DNA of 62,864 bases, filler included, from Deltaproteobacteria bacterium (GCA_016202395.1; 5 parts of 5 records of this genome joined end to end with filler, not necessarily neighbours in it), one strand, 5' to 3'. Shown: positions 49,497-60,411, counted from the whole stretch's first letter. A program made the numbers and translations. The notes: generated from the sequence alone by a model not told the origin.

Positions 49497-49904
49497 CTAG
49501 TTCCTTTGGTTCCAATTCTCCAATTTTAAGTTTTGAACGCGTGAAAATTCTTTCTCATTGGAGGTTACAAAGATAAGATCTCGACTGAGGGCAGTTCCTG
49601 CAAGGAGAAGATCATAAGGCCCAATGGGGATCCCTTTTTTTCGAAGATCTACTCTGATCTTGGCAGCGTATTCGGCATCCTCACTAGTCAATGGGAGGAT
49701 ATGAAGCGATTCCAAGAGGGATTGGATGGGCCTTCTCAACTTCTTGGTTTGTTCCTTGTGAAGGAGCAGACCGTAGTGAATCTCCATCTGGGTCACGGTT
49801 GAGATCGCAACGTCATCGGGAGGCACTTTTAAAAACCGATCCCTGAGGTCAGGATAGCCCTTAATGAAATCACTGATGACGCAAGTGTCCAGGAGATATC
49901 TCAC
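49497..49904 (-). CDS. vapC: VapC PIN-domain toxin
   Basis: YLLDTCVIS, EIHYG, PIGPYDLLLAGTA, VTSNEKEFSRV..LKLENW. Confidence 0.93.
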   Translation of the reverse strand: MRYLLDTCVISDFIKGYPDLRDRFLKVPPDDVAISTVTQMEIHYGLLLHKEQTKKLRRPIQSLLESLHILPLTSEDAEYAAKIRVDLRKKGIPIGPYDLLLAGTALSRDLIFVTSNEKEFSRVQNLKLENWNQRN

Positions 49905-50140
49905 GCAAAAGGATCCTCCGAAACCGACTTTAGTTCGTTTCGGTGGGATTCAAACGGCTCTAAGTCTTTCTCGGCCCCAAATAGCTCTAGAACCTCTGAA
50001 GGCCACTCCTTTCTTTTTTGAGCCTCCACGAGTTTTCGGATGGCCTCGTTGATCAAAGCGTTTCGACTTTTTCCCGTGTCCCGAACAAGTCTTACAAGCT
50101 CTTTGACTGTATTGTCGTCAATATGAATGCTAAAATTCAT
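49901..50140 (-). CDS. Ribbon-helix-helix (CopG-like) VapB antitoxin
   Basis: MNFSIHIDD...GKSRNALINEAI; palindrome tataacatgttata at 50163-50176 in its promoter. Confidence 0.85.
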   Translation of the reverse strand: MNFSIHIDDNTVKELVRLVRDTGKSRNALINEAIRKLVEAQKRKEWPSEVLELFGAEKDLEPFESHRNELKSVSEDPFA

Positions 50141-50287
50141 CTGTTTTCCCTCTTGGCTAGAGTATAACATGTTATAACATAAGTCAATAAGATTTTCGAT
50201 GAAATAAATAACGCATCGCGTTACATGAGAAGGGTCCCTTCATTGCTATCCATCCACTCTTTTTGGTAGAATTCAAGCTGTTTTTTT

Positions 50288-51274
50288 ATGAGAACAGCAC
50301 GAGAAGAGCGGAATCAACCCCCCATCACAGAACTTATCTTTGACGATTCTCCTCTCGCCCAGATTTTGTTTGGGGAGCATGAGCAGAACCTCAAGATTAT
50401 CGAGAAAGGTTTTGGTGTGACCCTTCACAGTCGAGGGAACCACGTCCAGATCGTAGGGGAGCCTTCATCCGTACAGAGGGTAGGGGAGTTTTTGGGGGAT
50501 CTCTATGAGATGGCTCAGCAAGGCTATAAACTCGATCCTCATGATATTGAGCAGGCCACCCAATTTGCCAAAGAGAATGGGGGGGTTCGACTGAAGGACC
50601 TGATGGCGGAGGCGATCCCTTTAGGGCCTCGACAGAAAAAGATTGGCCCCAAGAGCCTTGCGCAAAAGACCTATCTGGAGACGATCCGGAATTTTGATCT
50701 CGTTTTTGGAGTGGGCCCCGCAGGGACCGGAAAAACCTATCTGGCCATGGCGATGGCGGTCCTGTCTCTGATGAATCGGAAAGTGGAGCGGATTATCCTC
50801 GCGCGGCCTGCAGTGGAAGCGGGGGAGAAACTAGGTTTTCTGCCGGGCGATCTTTACGAAAAGGTGAATCCGTATTTGAGACCTCTCTATGATGCTCTTC
50901 ACGACATGATGGAGGTCGGGCGGGCCTCCCGTTTGATCGAGCAGGGTGTCATTGAAGTGGCTCCACTGGCTTTTATGCGAGGAAGAACCTTGAATGATTC
51001 CTTCGTGATCCTCGATGAGGCTCAAAATACGACGAGCGAGCAGATGAAGATGTTTCTCACGCGCCTCGGCTTTGGATCGAAAGCCGTTGTGACGGGGGAT
51101 ATCACCCAGATTGATCTTCCGAATCCTAAGGGCTCAGGCTTGTTGGAGGCGCGCGAGATCCTTAAGGGTATCGAGGGGATTGCTTTTGTCTATTTTTCGG
51201 AGCGGGATGTGGTGCGTCATCCTTTAGTGCAGAAGGTGATTAAGGCCTACGAAATAAAAGGGCGTCAGCTATGA
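50288..51274 (+). CDS. phoH: PhoH-family ATPase (YbeZ-like)
   Basis: [50 protein letters not shown]. Confidence 0.95.
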   Translation: MRTAREERNQPPITELIFDDSPLAQILFGEHEQNLKIIEKGFGVTLHSRGNHVQIVGEPSSVQRVGEFLGDLYEMAQQGYKLDPHDIEQATQFAKENGGVRLKDLMAEAIPLGPRQKKIGPKSLAQKTYLETIRNFDLVFGVGPAGTGKTYLAMAMAVLSLMNRKVERIILARPAVEAGEKLGFLPGDLYEKVNPYLRPLYDALHDMMEVGRASRLIEQGVIEVAPLAFMRGRTLNDSFVILDEAQNTTSEQMKMFLTRLGFGSKAVVTGDITQIDLPNPKGSGLLEAREILKGIEGIAFVYFSERDVVRHPLVQKVIKAYEIKGRQL

Positions 51275-53601
51275 ACCCACTTCAAAAATATTGGGGACCG
51301 ATCTATTTACAGTTTAAAGAATCGATGGGAAAAAGACTCCCCAAGGTTTTATTGGAGCCTCAAACTCACCGTTTGGGGATCGGCCTTCTTTCCGCGGCGA
51401 TTCTATCTCTGATTGTGACTCCAGGGCTCCCTTTGGGATGGTATCCCTATCAACTGGGGGATGTTCCTCTTCGTGATATCCGTTCTCCAAGGAACTTTTT
51501 GGTGGAGGATCGTGAGGCAACCGAGGCGAGGCGAGTGGAAGCGGAGAATGCGGTTCCTCCGGTGTACGACTTCGACTCCAACGCCGCCCGCGGCGTTGTT
51601 GAAAGGCTCCATCAGAACTGGGAAGGGCTAGGTCTCTCCGATGGCTCTCTTCAAAAATCTTTGGGGCCCAATTATCGTGAGATCGTTCTTCAATCCTTGG
51701 GGAGAACAGTCGAAGAGGTGATGGAACACCGAATTATTGCGGAGATCCCCTTGGTTCCATCGGAGGCCTCCCCGATCATGACCCTTCGCTACCTTCCCAC
51801 TCCATCGGGGGAGATCGTCGAGGAAGAATCGGTCATCGATTCCAACGAGCTTCTCAGCCTGAAGGCGGCTCGATCGATGGCCGTGACACGAGTGGAGGAG
51901 ATCTTTTCAGGGCTTCCCTCCTCGGTGAGAAAGGCCTTGAAGGAGGCCGTCCCTGTCCAGATCCAACCGAACCTCACTCTCAATCGGTCTGAGACGGAGA
52001 TCCGAAAACTTACAGTCCGTGAATCGATGAAGCCGGTCCTTTTTCAGGTTCAAAAGGGGGAGATCCTGGTCTCGAAAGGGGTCCCGATCAGTCCGAAAGA
52101 GTGGACGAAGCTGGAGGCTCTCTACTCGTTGCATGGGGAGAGAGGGTATTGGGGGGCTTGGTTGGCAACGATCTTGCTCATTTTTCTTCTTTTCTCTGTC
52201 AGTTTTGTGTTGGCTCAACGGAACGTCAAAAAATTTAAATCTGAAATCAAAGACATCGTTTTTATGTCAGCGCTCTTGATCGGTTTCTTGCTCCTTGTCA
52301 AGCTGGGGATCTCTCTATCGGATGTTCTCCCGGCTGTTTTCCCTTTCATTTCGGAGGAGTCCTTTCGTTACATGATCCCATTGGTGGCGGCCGCTGCCAT
52401 TGCCCGCCTCTGTTTGAATACCGAGACCGCAATTATTTTTTCGATCTCCCTTTCCATTTTGGCAAGCTTTCTATTTAACCAACAATTTTTCTTCTATCTC
52501 TATTTTCAGATCGGGTCGATCGCGATTATCCAAGGGGTCACTCATTGTTCGCAGAGGAGCCGTTTAGTCAAAGCGGGGTTGCAACTCGGCCTCATCCAGG
52601 TTTTATTTCTGTTAAGTTATCGGCTCATTGAAGGGGAGAGTTGGTCTCGGATTTTGGTGTGGCAACTCCCATTTGCCTTCGCTGGAGGACTTTTGGTGGG
52701 AATGGTGATTACCGGGGTTCTTCCGATCTTCGAAGGGCTTTTTCGCTACACGACCGACATTCGATTGGTGGAGCTTGCCACGATGGATCATCCTCTTTTA
52801 AGAGAGCTGATTTTGAAGACCCCAGGCTCTTATCACCACAGTTTAATCGTGAGTAGCCTCTCGGAAGAGGCGGCTCGGGCCATTGGGGCCAATCCTTTGA
52901 TCTGTCGTGTGGGAGCGTTATTCCACGACATCGGTAAAACACGGAAACCCCACTACTTTGTCGAGAACCAGATGGGAGGAGAGAATCTTCATGATAAGCT
53001 TAGCCCTCATATGAGCGCTTTGATCATCCAGTCCCATGTGAAAGAGGGGATCGATCTCGCCCGTGAACATCGATTGCCCGAGGCGATTGTGGATATTATT
53101 CCTCAACACCATGGGACCAGTCCCATTCGATATTTTTATGACAAGGCTGTAGAACAGACCGATCCTGAAGCGGGGCCGGTCCAGGAGGAACCTTTCCGTT
53201 ACCCGGGGCCCAAGCCCCAGACCCGCGAGGCCGGAATTATTATGCTAGCCGATTCGGTGGAGGCCTCCGCCCGCACTTTAACGGATCCGAACCTCGTTCG
53301 AATTCAAGGGATGGTCCAAAAAACGGTGAATCGCATTTTTACCGATGGACAATTGAACGAGTGTATGCTAACTCTGAGGGATCTTCACGAGATCGCGCGC
53401 TGTTTCATTCGGGTGTTGGCGGCGATTTATCATCAGAGGGTCGATTATCCCGAACCGGTCGCTAAAGGAGACGTACGCCGAAAGTTCCATGTCCATTACA
53501 ATCCGTTTTTATCCAAGGGCGAATCGAAAAGTGAAGGGGATCGATCTGAAGAGTCTCCAAAACAAGGCAAAGAGAGTCTTAAAAGACTTGGGATGTCTTG
53601 A
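51271..53601 (+). CDS. 7TM-HDED/HD phosphodiesterase (PgpH-like)
   Basis: Extracytoplasmic domain, ~7 TM helices, [42 protein letters not shown]. Confidence 0.9.
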   Translation: MNPLQKYWGPIYLQFKESMGKRLPKVLLEPQTHRLGIGLLSAAILSLIVTPGLPLGWYPYQLGDVPLRDIRSPRNFLVEDREATEARRVEAENAVPPVYDFDSNAARGVVERLHQNWEGLGLSDGSLQKSLGPNYREIVLQSLGRTVEEVMEHRIIAEIPLVPSEASPIMTLRYLPTPSGEIVEEESVIDSNELLSLKAARSMAVTRVEEIFSGLPSSVRKALKEAVPVQIQPNLTLNRSETEIRKLTVRESMKPVLFQVQKGEILVSKGVPISPKEWTKLEALYSLHGERGYWGAWLATILLIFLLFSVSFVLAQRNVKKFKSEIKDIVFMSALLIGFLLLVKLGISLSDVLPAVFPFISEESFRYMIPLVAAAAIARLCLNTETAIIFSISLSILASFLFNQQFFFYLYFQIGSIAIIQGVTHCSQRSRLVKAGLQLGLIQVLFLLSYRLIEGESWSRILVWQLPFAFAGGLLVGMVITGVLPIFEGLFRYTTDIRLVELATMDHPLLRELILKTPGSYHHSLIVSSLSEEAARAIGANPLICRVGALFHDIGKTRKPHYFVENQMGGENLHDKLSPHMSALIIQSHVKEGIDLAREHRLPEAIVDIIPQHHGTSPIRYFYDKAVEQTDPEAGPVQEEPFRYPGPKPQTREAGIIMLADSVEASARTLTDPNLVRIQGMVQKTVNRIFTDGQLNECMLTLRDLHEIARCFIRVLAAIYHQRVDYPEPVAKGDVRRKFHVHYNPFLSKGESKSEGDRSEESPKQGKESLKRLGMS

Positions 53602-53947
53602 TCGAGAGCTTACCCTCCTTTTGACGGATGACAAAACCATTCAACAATACCATCAGCAATATCTGGGCTCTTCCAAGCCAACCAATGTGATGGCTTTTCC
53701 TCCGTCATTCCGCGGGGATGACGTTTTGGGAGATGTCATTGTCTCTATTGAAACGGCGCAGAGAGAAGCCAAAGAGGCCGGTGTCCGATTAGAGGAGCGA
53801 CTCGTTTATTTAATGATTCATGCCGTTCTTCATCTTTTGGGCTACGACCACGATCGTCCGGGAGCCAAGACCTTGAAGATGCGAAAGATGGAGAGAAGGC
53901 TTTTTCGTCATGTGAAAGGTTCCGCCAAGGCTTTAAGGAGTTTCTAA
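53489..53947 (+). CDS. ybeY: rRNA maturation endoribonuclease
   Basis: PTNVMAFP, LGDVIVS, HAVLHLLGYDH; start uncertain because of overlap with the upstream gene. Confidence 0.92.
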   Translation: MSITIRFYPRANRKVKGIDLKSLQNKAKRVLKDLGCLDRELTLLLTDDKTIQQYHQQYLGSSKPTNVMAFPPSFRGDDVLGDVIVSIETAQREAKEAGVRLEERLVYLMIHAVLHLLGYDHDRPGAKTLKMRKMERRLFRHVKGSAKALRSF

Positions 53948-55509
53948 TGCAGAGCTATTTCTTCCTCCTCATCACGGCGGTGGGATGGCCCTTGTTATTC
54001 CCTCCCTTGAATTTGGGATGGATGGCGTGGGTGGTTCTGATCCCGCTCCTTTGGGCGGTGCAAGGGTTGAGGCCCTCGGAGGCATTTCGAAGAGGGTGGC
54101 TCGCTGGTTGCATCGCTCATCTCGGTCTTTTGTATTGGTTGGTGGGGACGATTCAAAGCTATGGGGAGGTGAGTTGGAGCTTTTTAGGATTCAATGGGGG
54201 AGCGCTCATGGGGATAGCCTCCTGGTTTTTACTCTCGGCCTACCTTGCCCTTTTTTGGGGAGTTTTCTGTGGGTTGTTAAATCGATTTCCGTCCGTTCCT
54301 ACTTGGCTCTTGGCCCCGCCCCTTTGGGTCGCGCTCGAATACATCCAGTCGATCTTCATAACCGGTTTCCCTTGGGAAAATTTTGGCTACTCCCAACACC
54401 AGAATCTTTATCTCATACAAATGTCTGAGGTGACTGGAGTTTATGGGATCTCTTTTATCTTGGTGGGCGTTAACGCTCTCCTGTTCCAGATCCTTCGCGA
54501 TTGGAAGGGGCTTCAGGTTTTTGCCAAACAGAAAGAGCTTCGGGTCACCTTGGCGTTGCTTATTTTTCTTCATTTGATGGGATACGTTCGGATTCAGAAG
54601 ATAGAGGGGATGATGGCGAATGCGCCCAAAATGAAGGTGGCGTTAATTCAAGGCAACATCCGTCAGGATCAAAAATGGAGCCCCGAGTTTCGAGAGGAGA
54701 CGTTGGATCGCTATTTTAATCTGAGTCGTGAGGCGTTGCAAAATCAACCCGATCTTCTTGTTTGGCCGGAGACCGCTCTCCCCTTTTTCTTTGAGAGCGA
54801 TGAATTGTGGCGAGAGAGAACCGTCAAAGAGATTCAAGAGCTAGGCCTTCCTCTTCTTGTAGGGAGCCCTTCACGCGCGCGCGAGGATTTTAGAATCCAT
54901 TATTATAACAGCGCGTTCTTGGTCTCTTCCGAAGGCGAGATCTTAGGGCGTTACGATAAGATTCATCTCGTTCCGTTCGGGGAGTATGTTCCTCTGCAGT
55001 CGCTCCTCTTCTTCTTGCAGCCAGTGGTTCCCGGAGCGGGGAATTTTTCAGCGGGGGGTAAAGATCAACTGCTGGTAATGGAAAAATTGCGCGCGGGGAT
55101 TTTGATCTGCTATGAGGTCATCTTTCCGGAGGAGGCCCGCAGCCGCGTTAAAATGGGGGCCAACGTTTTAATCAATATCACCAATGATGCCTGGTTTGGT
55201 CGATCGAGCGCTCCGTATCAGCATCTGTCGATGGCCCCTTTCCGAGCGATCGAAAATAGGCGCGCCCTCGTTCGCGCCGCCAATACCGGAATCACCGCGT
55301 TTGTAACCCCCACGGGGCGTGTGCTGAAGGAGACCCCTCTTTATGAAGAGACTTCCGTTTCCGATGAGATTGCCCTTTTGGGTGTTGCAACCTTTTACAC
55401 TCGTTGGGGAGATCTGTTTGCTGGACTGAGCATGATTTTGGTTTTAGGAGTTATTTTGTTAAGTTTAAGGAAGAAAAACCATGTACCGAGAAATAGAAAA
55501 TCAGATTAA
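53947..55509 (+). CDS. lnt: Apolipoprotein N-acyltransferase
   Basis: GFPW, QGNI, WPETA, YNSA, KIHLVPFGEYVP, ICYE, TNDAWFG, RAANTGI. Confidence 0.96.
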   Translation: MQSYFFLLITAVGWPLLFPPLNLGWMAWVVLIPLLWAVQGLRPSEAFRRGWLAGCIAHLGLLYWLVGTIQSYGEVSWSFLGFNGGALMGIASWFLLSAYLALFWGVFCGLLNRFPSVPTWLLAPPLWVALEYIQSIFITGFPWENFGYSQHQNLYLIQMSEVTGVYGISFILVGVNALLFQILRDWKGLQVFAKQKELRVTLALLIFLHLMGYVRIQKIEGMMANAPKMKVALIQGNIRQDQKWSPEFREETLDRYFNLSREALQNQPDLLVWPETALPFFFESDELWRERTVKEIQELGLPLLVGSPSRAREDFRIHYYNSAFLVSSEGEILGRYDKIHLVPFGEYVPLQSLLFFLQPVVPGAGNFSAGGKDQLLVMEKLRAGILICYEVIFPEEARSRVKMGANVLINITNDAWFGRSSAPYQHLSMAPFRAIENRRALVRAANTGITAFVTPTGRVLKETPLYEETSVSDEIALLGVATFYTRWGDLFAGLSMILVLGVILLSLRKKNHVPRNRKSD

Positions 55510-56579
55510 CGAGATCCGGAAGCGTTTTGAAGCGATTCGAGGGCGTCTTTGACATTGCGGGCAAAGAATCTCGCATCAGCGAGCTAGAAAAGAGGATTGC
55601 CGATCCCCATTTTTGGGATTCCTCTGAAGAGGCGCAAAAGATTGCCAAGGAGCGAACCCGTTGGATCGACGAGATTGCGCGTTGGAGACGGTTAGAGGAT
55701 GAAATCCAGGAGTCGGCCGATTTTCTGGCGCTATTCGAGCAAGAAGAGGAGGAGTCTCTCGGAAAAGAGCTCCAGCAGAAAGTCCATGCCTTAGAAAAAG
55801 AGGTCCGCGCTCTCGAGCTCGAGCAACTTTTAGGGGGAGAAAACGATCCGAAGAATGCCATCGTCTCGATCAACGCGGGGGCCGGGGGGACGGAGGCTCA
55901 AGATTGGGCCGACATGTTGCTCCGGATGTATCTCCGTTGGGCCGCCTCTAAAAATTACGCCGTGGAACTCCTCGATCAACAACCAGGAGAGCAGGCAGGG
56001 ATCAAGAGCGCTACCTTTCTTGTTCAAGGCCCTTACGCCTATGGCTATTTTAGGGCTGAGGTTGGGATTCATCGTCTGGTTCGAATCTCCCCATTTGATG
56101 CGAATAAAAGAAGGCACACCTCCTTTGCCTCTCTGTTTGTCTCTCCCGAGATTGATGAAACGATAGAGGTGGAGATTCGGGATGAGGACCTTCGGATCGA
56201 CACCTATCGAGCGGGAGGGGCTGGAGGACAGCATGTGAACAAAACCGACTCTGCGGTTCGCCTGACCCATCTTCCCACGGGGATGGTTGTTCAGTGTCAG
56301 AATGAGCGTTCCCAACATAAGAACAAGGCGCTGGCGATGAAGGTTCTTCGATCTCGGTTGTATGAACTGGAGCAGCAGAAGAAGGATGAGGAGTTGCAGA
56401 AGCTTCATGCGGAGAAGAAAGAGATTGGATGGGGGAGTCAAATACGTTCTTACATCTTGCAGCCCTATCAATTGGTCAAAGACCACCGGACCCATTACGA
56501 AGTGGGGAATGTGGCCGCAGTTTTAGATGGCGAACTCGATGAATTTATTTGGGCCTATTTGCTAAAATCGAAACACTAA
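55481..56579 (+). CDS. prfB: Peptide chain release factor 2 with programmed +1 frameshift
   Basis: ATG 55481, 23 codons to GAGGG-cgt-CTT-TGA-C (55547-55553); +1 frame has SPF and GGQ motifs. Confidence 0.96.
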
Positions 56580-56601
56580 AGATTTTTTAAAAGGAGCGCT
56601 T

Positions 56602-56853
56602 ATGACGAAAGCGAAGATTTATGTTATGTTGAAAGAGGGGGTGTTGGATCCACAAGGGGGAGTGATTCAACGATCGTTAGCGAGTCTCTCTTTTAAGGGG
56701 GTTGCGAAGGTGAGGCAAGGGAAGGTGTTTGAGATTTTGTTGGAGACCCACGATCGCCGTGAGGCGGAGAGACAGGTTCAGGAGATGTGTCGACAGCTTT
56801 TGGTTAATCCTGTCATTGAACGTTACGATTTTGTTATTGAAGGGACGCCTTAA
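56602..56853 (+). CDS. purS: Phosphoribosylformylglycinamidine synthase subunit PurS
   Basis: LKEGVLDPQG, VRQGK, LLVNPVIE. Confidence 0.95.
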   Translation: MTKAKIYVMLKEGVLDPQGGVIQRSLASLSFKGVAKVRQGKVFEILLETHDRREAERQVQEMCRQLLVNPVIERYDFVIEGTP

Positions 56854-56874
56854 AAGTTAGATGATTTTTGGTCT

Positions 56875-56990
56875 GGAATGTTTTTGAGCGAACGTCCACG
56901 AGATTTTTGGGGTACCCGTCTTGGCGAAGAGGAGCGTCCTCGGATGGACTTGCGGGTCCTGTCATGGGGTTTCCCCCAGGCGTGCTCCAC
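56875..56990. repeat. Hairpin repeat family, copy D (left arm), cut by gap
   Basis: ggaatgtttt..gagcga.cg...agatttttggggtaccc.tcttggcgaag.ggagcgt matches 365-429. Confidence 0.75.
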
Positions 56991-57090
56991 NNNNNNNNNN
57001 NNNNNNNNNNNNNNNNNNNNNNNNNNNNNNNNNNTTAATTAATTAANNNNNNNNNNNNNNNNNNNNNNNNNNNNNNNNNNNNNNNNNNNN
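56991..57090. other. Artificial contig linker
   Basis: N44-TTAATTAATTAA-N44. Confidence 0.98.
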
Positions 57091-57846
57091 ATCGACCTCA
57101 GCGCGGACTTTCGTTTAAAGTTAGAAACGACTTATTCCGAATGGTATGGGGAGAAACACCAGGCCCCCCATCTTCTCAAAAAAACGGTTTATGGTTTGCC
57201 GGAGTTCCATCGCAAAGAGATCCAGAAGGCCTCTCTGATTGCCAACCCCGGTTGTTATCCGACGAGCGCCGTCCTAGCCTTGGCCCCCTTGCTTCGAGAA
57301 GGGGGAATCGATTTGGATTCGATAGTGGTCGATAGCAAATCGGGGGTTTCCGGAGCGGGTCGGTCTGTTTCCGAAGATAAGCAATTTATCGAGGCGCACG
57401 AGGGAGTGAAAGCTTACAAGGTCGCTTCTCATCGGCACACCCCCGAGATCGAACAAGAGCTCAGTTTTCTTGCAGAGACCCCTCTCAAAATCAGTTTCAC
57501 CCCGCATCTGATCCCAATGAGTCGAGGGATACTGACGACAGCCTATGTTCACTTCTCAAATTCCATCTCCCTTGAGAAGGTTCACAAGCTTTATCAGAAG
57601 TTTTATCCATCGGAACCGTTTGTTCGAGTGTGTCCTGCGGGACAGTTTCCCAACACCTCTCACGTGCGTGGAACCAATTTTTGCGATATCGGCGTCGCTG
57701 TCGATCCACGGGTGAATCGTATCATTGTTGTTTCTGCAATCGACAATCTTGTGAAAGGGGCCTCTGGTCAAGCCATTCAGAACATGAATATTCGTTTCGG
57801 TTGGGATGAAACCACCGGCCTCCTCACCCCCGGTTTCGTCCCTTAG
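57091..57846 (+). CDS. argC: N-acetyl-gamma-glutamyl-phosphate reductase, 5' truncated at contig edge
   Basis: IDLSADFRL from 57091, ANPGCYPT, SGVSGAGR, HRHTPEI, IDNLVKGASGQAIQNMN. Confidence 0.95.
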   Translation: MDLSADFRLKLETTYSEWYGEKHQAPHLLKKTVYGLPEFHRKEIQKASLIANPGCYPTSAVLALAPLLREGGIDLDSIVVDSKSGVSGAGRSVSEDKQFIEAHEGVKAYKVASHRHTPEIEQELSFLAETPLKISFTPHLIPMSRGILTTAYVHFSNSISLEKVHKLYQKFYPSEPFVRVCPAGQFPNTSHVRGTNFCDIGVAVDPRVNRIIVVSAIDNLVKGASGQAIQNMNIRFGWDETTGLLTPGFVP

Positions 57847-57862
57847 CACTGTCTGGATTCCC

Positions 57863-58028
57863 ATTTGTAACAGATTTGATACAAATTTGTATCAGTTCTG
57901 TTACAAATCCGATTTTTGCCCTATAAGATTCCTCCCCTCTTTTAAGCCCATTTTTAATTAAGTCATTGTTTTTAAACAGTTTTTATAAATTTTCTTTCCA
58001 CTCGATCGTTTTGGCACGTTTTTTGCAT
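57863..58028 (+). promoter_or_regulatory. sigma54 promoter with palindromic enhancer sites and IHF-like site
   Basis: Near-perfect 46-bp palindrome 57863-57908 holding two TGT-N12-ACA sites; taagtcattgtttt ~57959-57972; TGGCAC-gtttt-TTGCA 58012-58027. Confidence 0.8.
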
Positions 58029-58079
58029 AGTGCATAGACCGTAGATGGTTTTCTGAACTCATTTAGGGAGGAGGTTTGT

Positions 58080-60410
58080 ATGGTTCGTCTCGTTCGGGGG
58101 CTCTTAGAGCATCCCCTTCGCTCTTTTATTCTATTGATGGTTCCCACCCTCTATTTTGGAGTCTCTTCAATCACTTTAGAACTCGACACTTCTAACGATG
58201 CCATGTTTGATCCTAAAGACCCGGAGATGGATTACTACCGAAATTTCATGAACGATTTTGGAAGTGATGAGAATCTCTCTATCTTCTTTGAAGATCCGAA
58301 CCTTTTCTCTTTGTCGACACTTCGTCTGATCGATCGATTGACAAAGAGTTTTCAACAGATGGACGGCGTAGAATCCGTTGTGAGCCTCACAAACGTGAAG
58401 CAGATCTATAACGAAGGAGAAAGCCTGGTCATTGAATCGATTGAGGAAGAGCTTCCGACTCTTACAGAGGAGGGAATGCCGGTTCTTCGTGAAAGGCTCC
58501 TCTCCGATCCCTTTGTGGCTCGATTGGGGCTGATTTCTAAAAATTATTCTGCAACCGGGGCCGCTCTATTTCTTGAAAAACGCTCCGAGCCGCATCGTCT
58601 GGTCAAAATAGTTCGAGGGATGCGTAAGATTCTTTCGCAAGAAGGAGCCAGTGGCATCCAATTTTGGATTGGAGGGAGCCCGTTTGGGCAAGCCGTTCTA
58701 GAGGAGATGTTTTTCCAAGACATGAAAGTGGTGGCGCCCCTCATGACTTTCATGGTTGCTTTCGTATTGATCTTCGTTTTTCGACGTTTTCTTTATGCCG
58801 CCTTCCCTCTTTGGGTCATCGGAATCACAGGGATCTGGACGTTTGGAGGAATCGCGGCCATGGGATGGCGTCTTGCTTCGATCTCGGAATTTGTGTTGCC
58901 TCTCCTTGTTGTTTATGGCGTTCTTGATGCAGTCTTTTTCTTAAACGACTATCGCAACCGTATTCAGGGGATGGAAAGACGGCAGGCAATTTTGGCCACC
59001 GTGGGCGCGGTTTGGAAGCCCTGTTTTTATACCAGCCTCACTACCCTTTTAGGTTTTGCCTCCTTGTCGCTCAGCTCTGTTGCCGTTGTGAGAGATTTTG
59101 GTCTTTATTCAGCCTATGGGGTCTTGGTGTGTTTTCTGATGACCTTTATCGTATTGCCTCTTTGCTTAGATCGTTTCCCCGTCTCTCGAATCTCTCCAGC
59201 GATCCCTTCGAGTAGCATCGTTTTAAAATTTTTAGGAGGGGTTCAACGGGGGGTGATCTCTCATCGAACGTCGATCCTGATAGGGATAGGGGTATTTTTG
59301 GCCCTTTGTGTTTATGGGATTCGAGATGTCGTCGTCGATACCGATCCGATGAAACTCTTTCAACCGGATGCGGAGGTAGTCCACAGCGAGGCGGAAGGGA
59401 GGCGGCTTTTTGGAGCGTGGGCTCCGTTAGAATTCTCTTTAGAGGTGATGGGGGAGGGGAGTTTTGAAGATCCCGTTTTGTTGAAAGAGATTGAAAAACT
59501 GCAACAGTATTTGGAGAGCCTCTCCTCCATTGGACGGAGCACCTCTATTGTCGATCTTCTTAAAAAAGCGCGGCAAGAGATCTTTGGAGGAAATCCTTCG
59601 GATGCGGTCCTCCCTCCAAATTCCAAAGAGGTTCAGCGTCTTTTGGGAATCCTCGAGAATTTTGGAGCAAATCGAGAAGTTCGGATGTTTCTTCGGGAAG
59701 ATGCAAAGCGGGCCCGGATGACTGCTAATTCTTATCTCCTCTCCTCGCGGCAACACGCTGTTTTGTTCCAAGAGATTCAAGCCTGGGTCCAAGATCATAT
59801 TTCTCCTCGTTTGGAGGTTCATCTCACAGGTCATATTCAGTTGGGAGCGCTCCTCTTGGATCGGATCCTATTCACAGAGATCCAGAGTTTTTCCTGCGCT
59901 TTCTTGTTGATCTCTATCTGTTTATGGTTCGCTTTTAGATCTTGGCGGCTCGCTTTAATCGCTATTCCGCCCAATCTTTTTCCTGTGATCGTTATTTTAG
60001 GAGTGATGGGGAAAATGGGGATCAGCTTAAATGTGGGGACCTGTACGGTTGCGAGCATCGTCATTGGGATGGCGGTTGATAACACCATCCATTTTTTACA
60101 TCGGTTTCGGGAGGAGATGCAGGCAAGCCCATGTTATGAGACCGCTTTATTGAATACGGTCCAGGTCGTTGGACCCCCTATGGTTTATACTTCTTTAGTT
60201 TTAGCGGGCGGCTTTTTCATCTTAACTTTGTCAACCTTTGTCCCTGCTATGAATTTCGGCTTTCTGTCGGGAGTTGCGGTGCTGGGGGCTTTGGTGGGGG
60301 ATGTTGTTATCTTGCCGGCATTGTTGCTTTGGTTGAAACCTATTTCTGTGGAGGCTAAAGAGGTTGTTGCCGTTTCCGATTCCTCTTTTTCAGAGGAGGT
60401 TGAAGCTTAA
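58080..60410 (+). CDS. MMPL/RND-family transporter, paralogue 1
   Basis: Two repeats of TM-periplasmic domain-5TM; TSLTTLLGFASL, GMAVDNTIHF, FGFLSG. Confidence 0.9.
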   Translation: MVRLVRGLLEHPLRSFILLMVPTLYFGVSSITLELDTSNDAMFDPKDPEMDYYRNFMNDFGSDENLSIFFEDPNLFSLSTLRLIDRLTKSFQQMDGVESVVSLTNVKQIYNEGESLVIESIEEELPTLTEEGMPVLRERLLSDPFVARLGLISKNYSATGAALFLEKRSEPHRLVKIVRGMRKILSQEGASGIQFWIGGSPFGQAVLEEMFFQDMKVVAPLMTFMVAFVLIFVFRRFLYAAFPLWVIGITGIWTFGGIAAMGWRLASISEFVLPLLVVYGVLDAVFFLNDYRNRIQGMERRQAILATVGAVWKPCFYTSLTTLLGFASLSLSSVAVVRDFGLYSAYGVLVCFLMTFIVLPLCLDRFPVSRISPAIPSSSIVLKFLGGVQRGVISHRTSILIGIGVFLALCVYGIRDVVVDTDPMKLFQPDAEVVHSEAEGRRLFGAWAPLEFSLEVMGEGSFEDPVLLKEIEKLQQYLESLSSIGRSTSIVDLLKKARQEIFGGNPSDAVLPPNSKEVQRLLGILENFGANREVRMFLREDAKRARMTANSYLLSSRQHAVLFQEIQAWVQDHISPRLEVHLTGHIQLGALLLDRILFTEIQSFSCAFLLISICLWFAFRSWRLALIAIPPNLFPVIVILGVMGKMGISLNVGTCTVASIVIGMAVDNTIHFLHRFREEMQASPCYETALLNTVQVVGPPMVYTSLVLAGGFFILTLSTFVPAMNFGFLSGVAVLGALVGDVVILPALLLWLKPISVEAKEVVAVSDSSFSEEVEA

Positions 60411-60411
60411 A

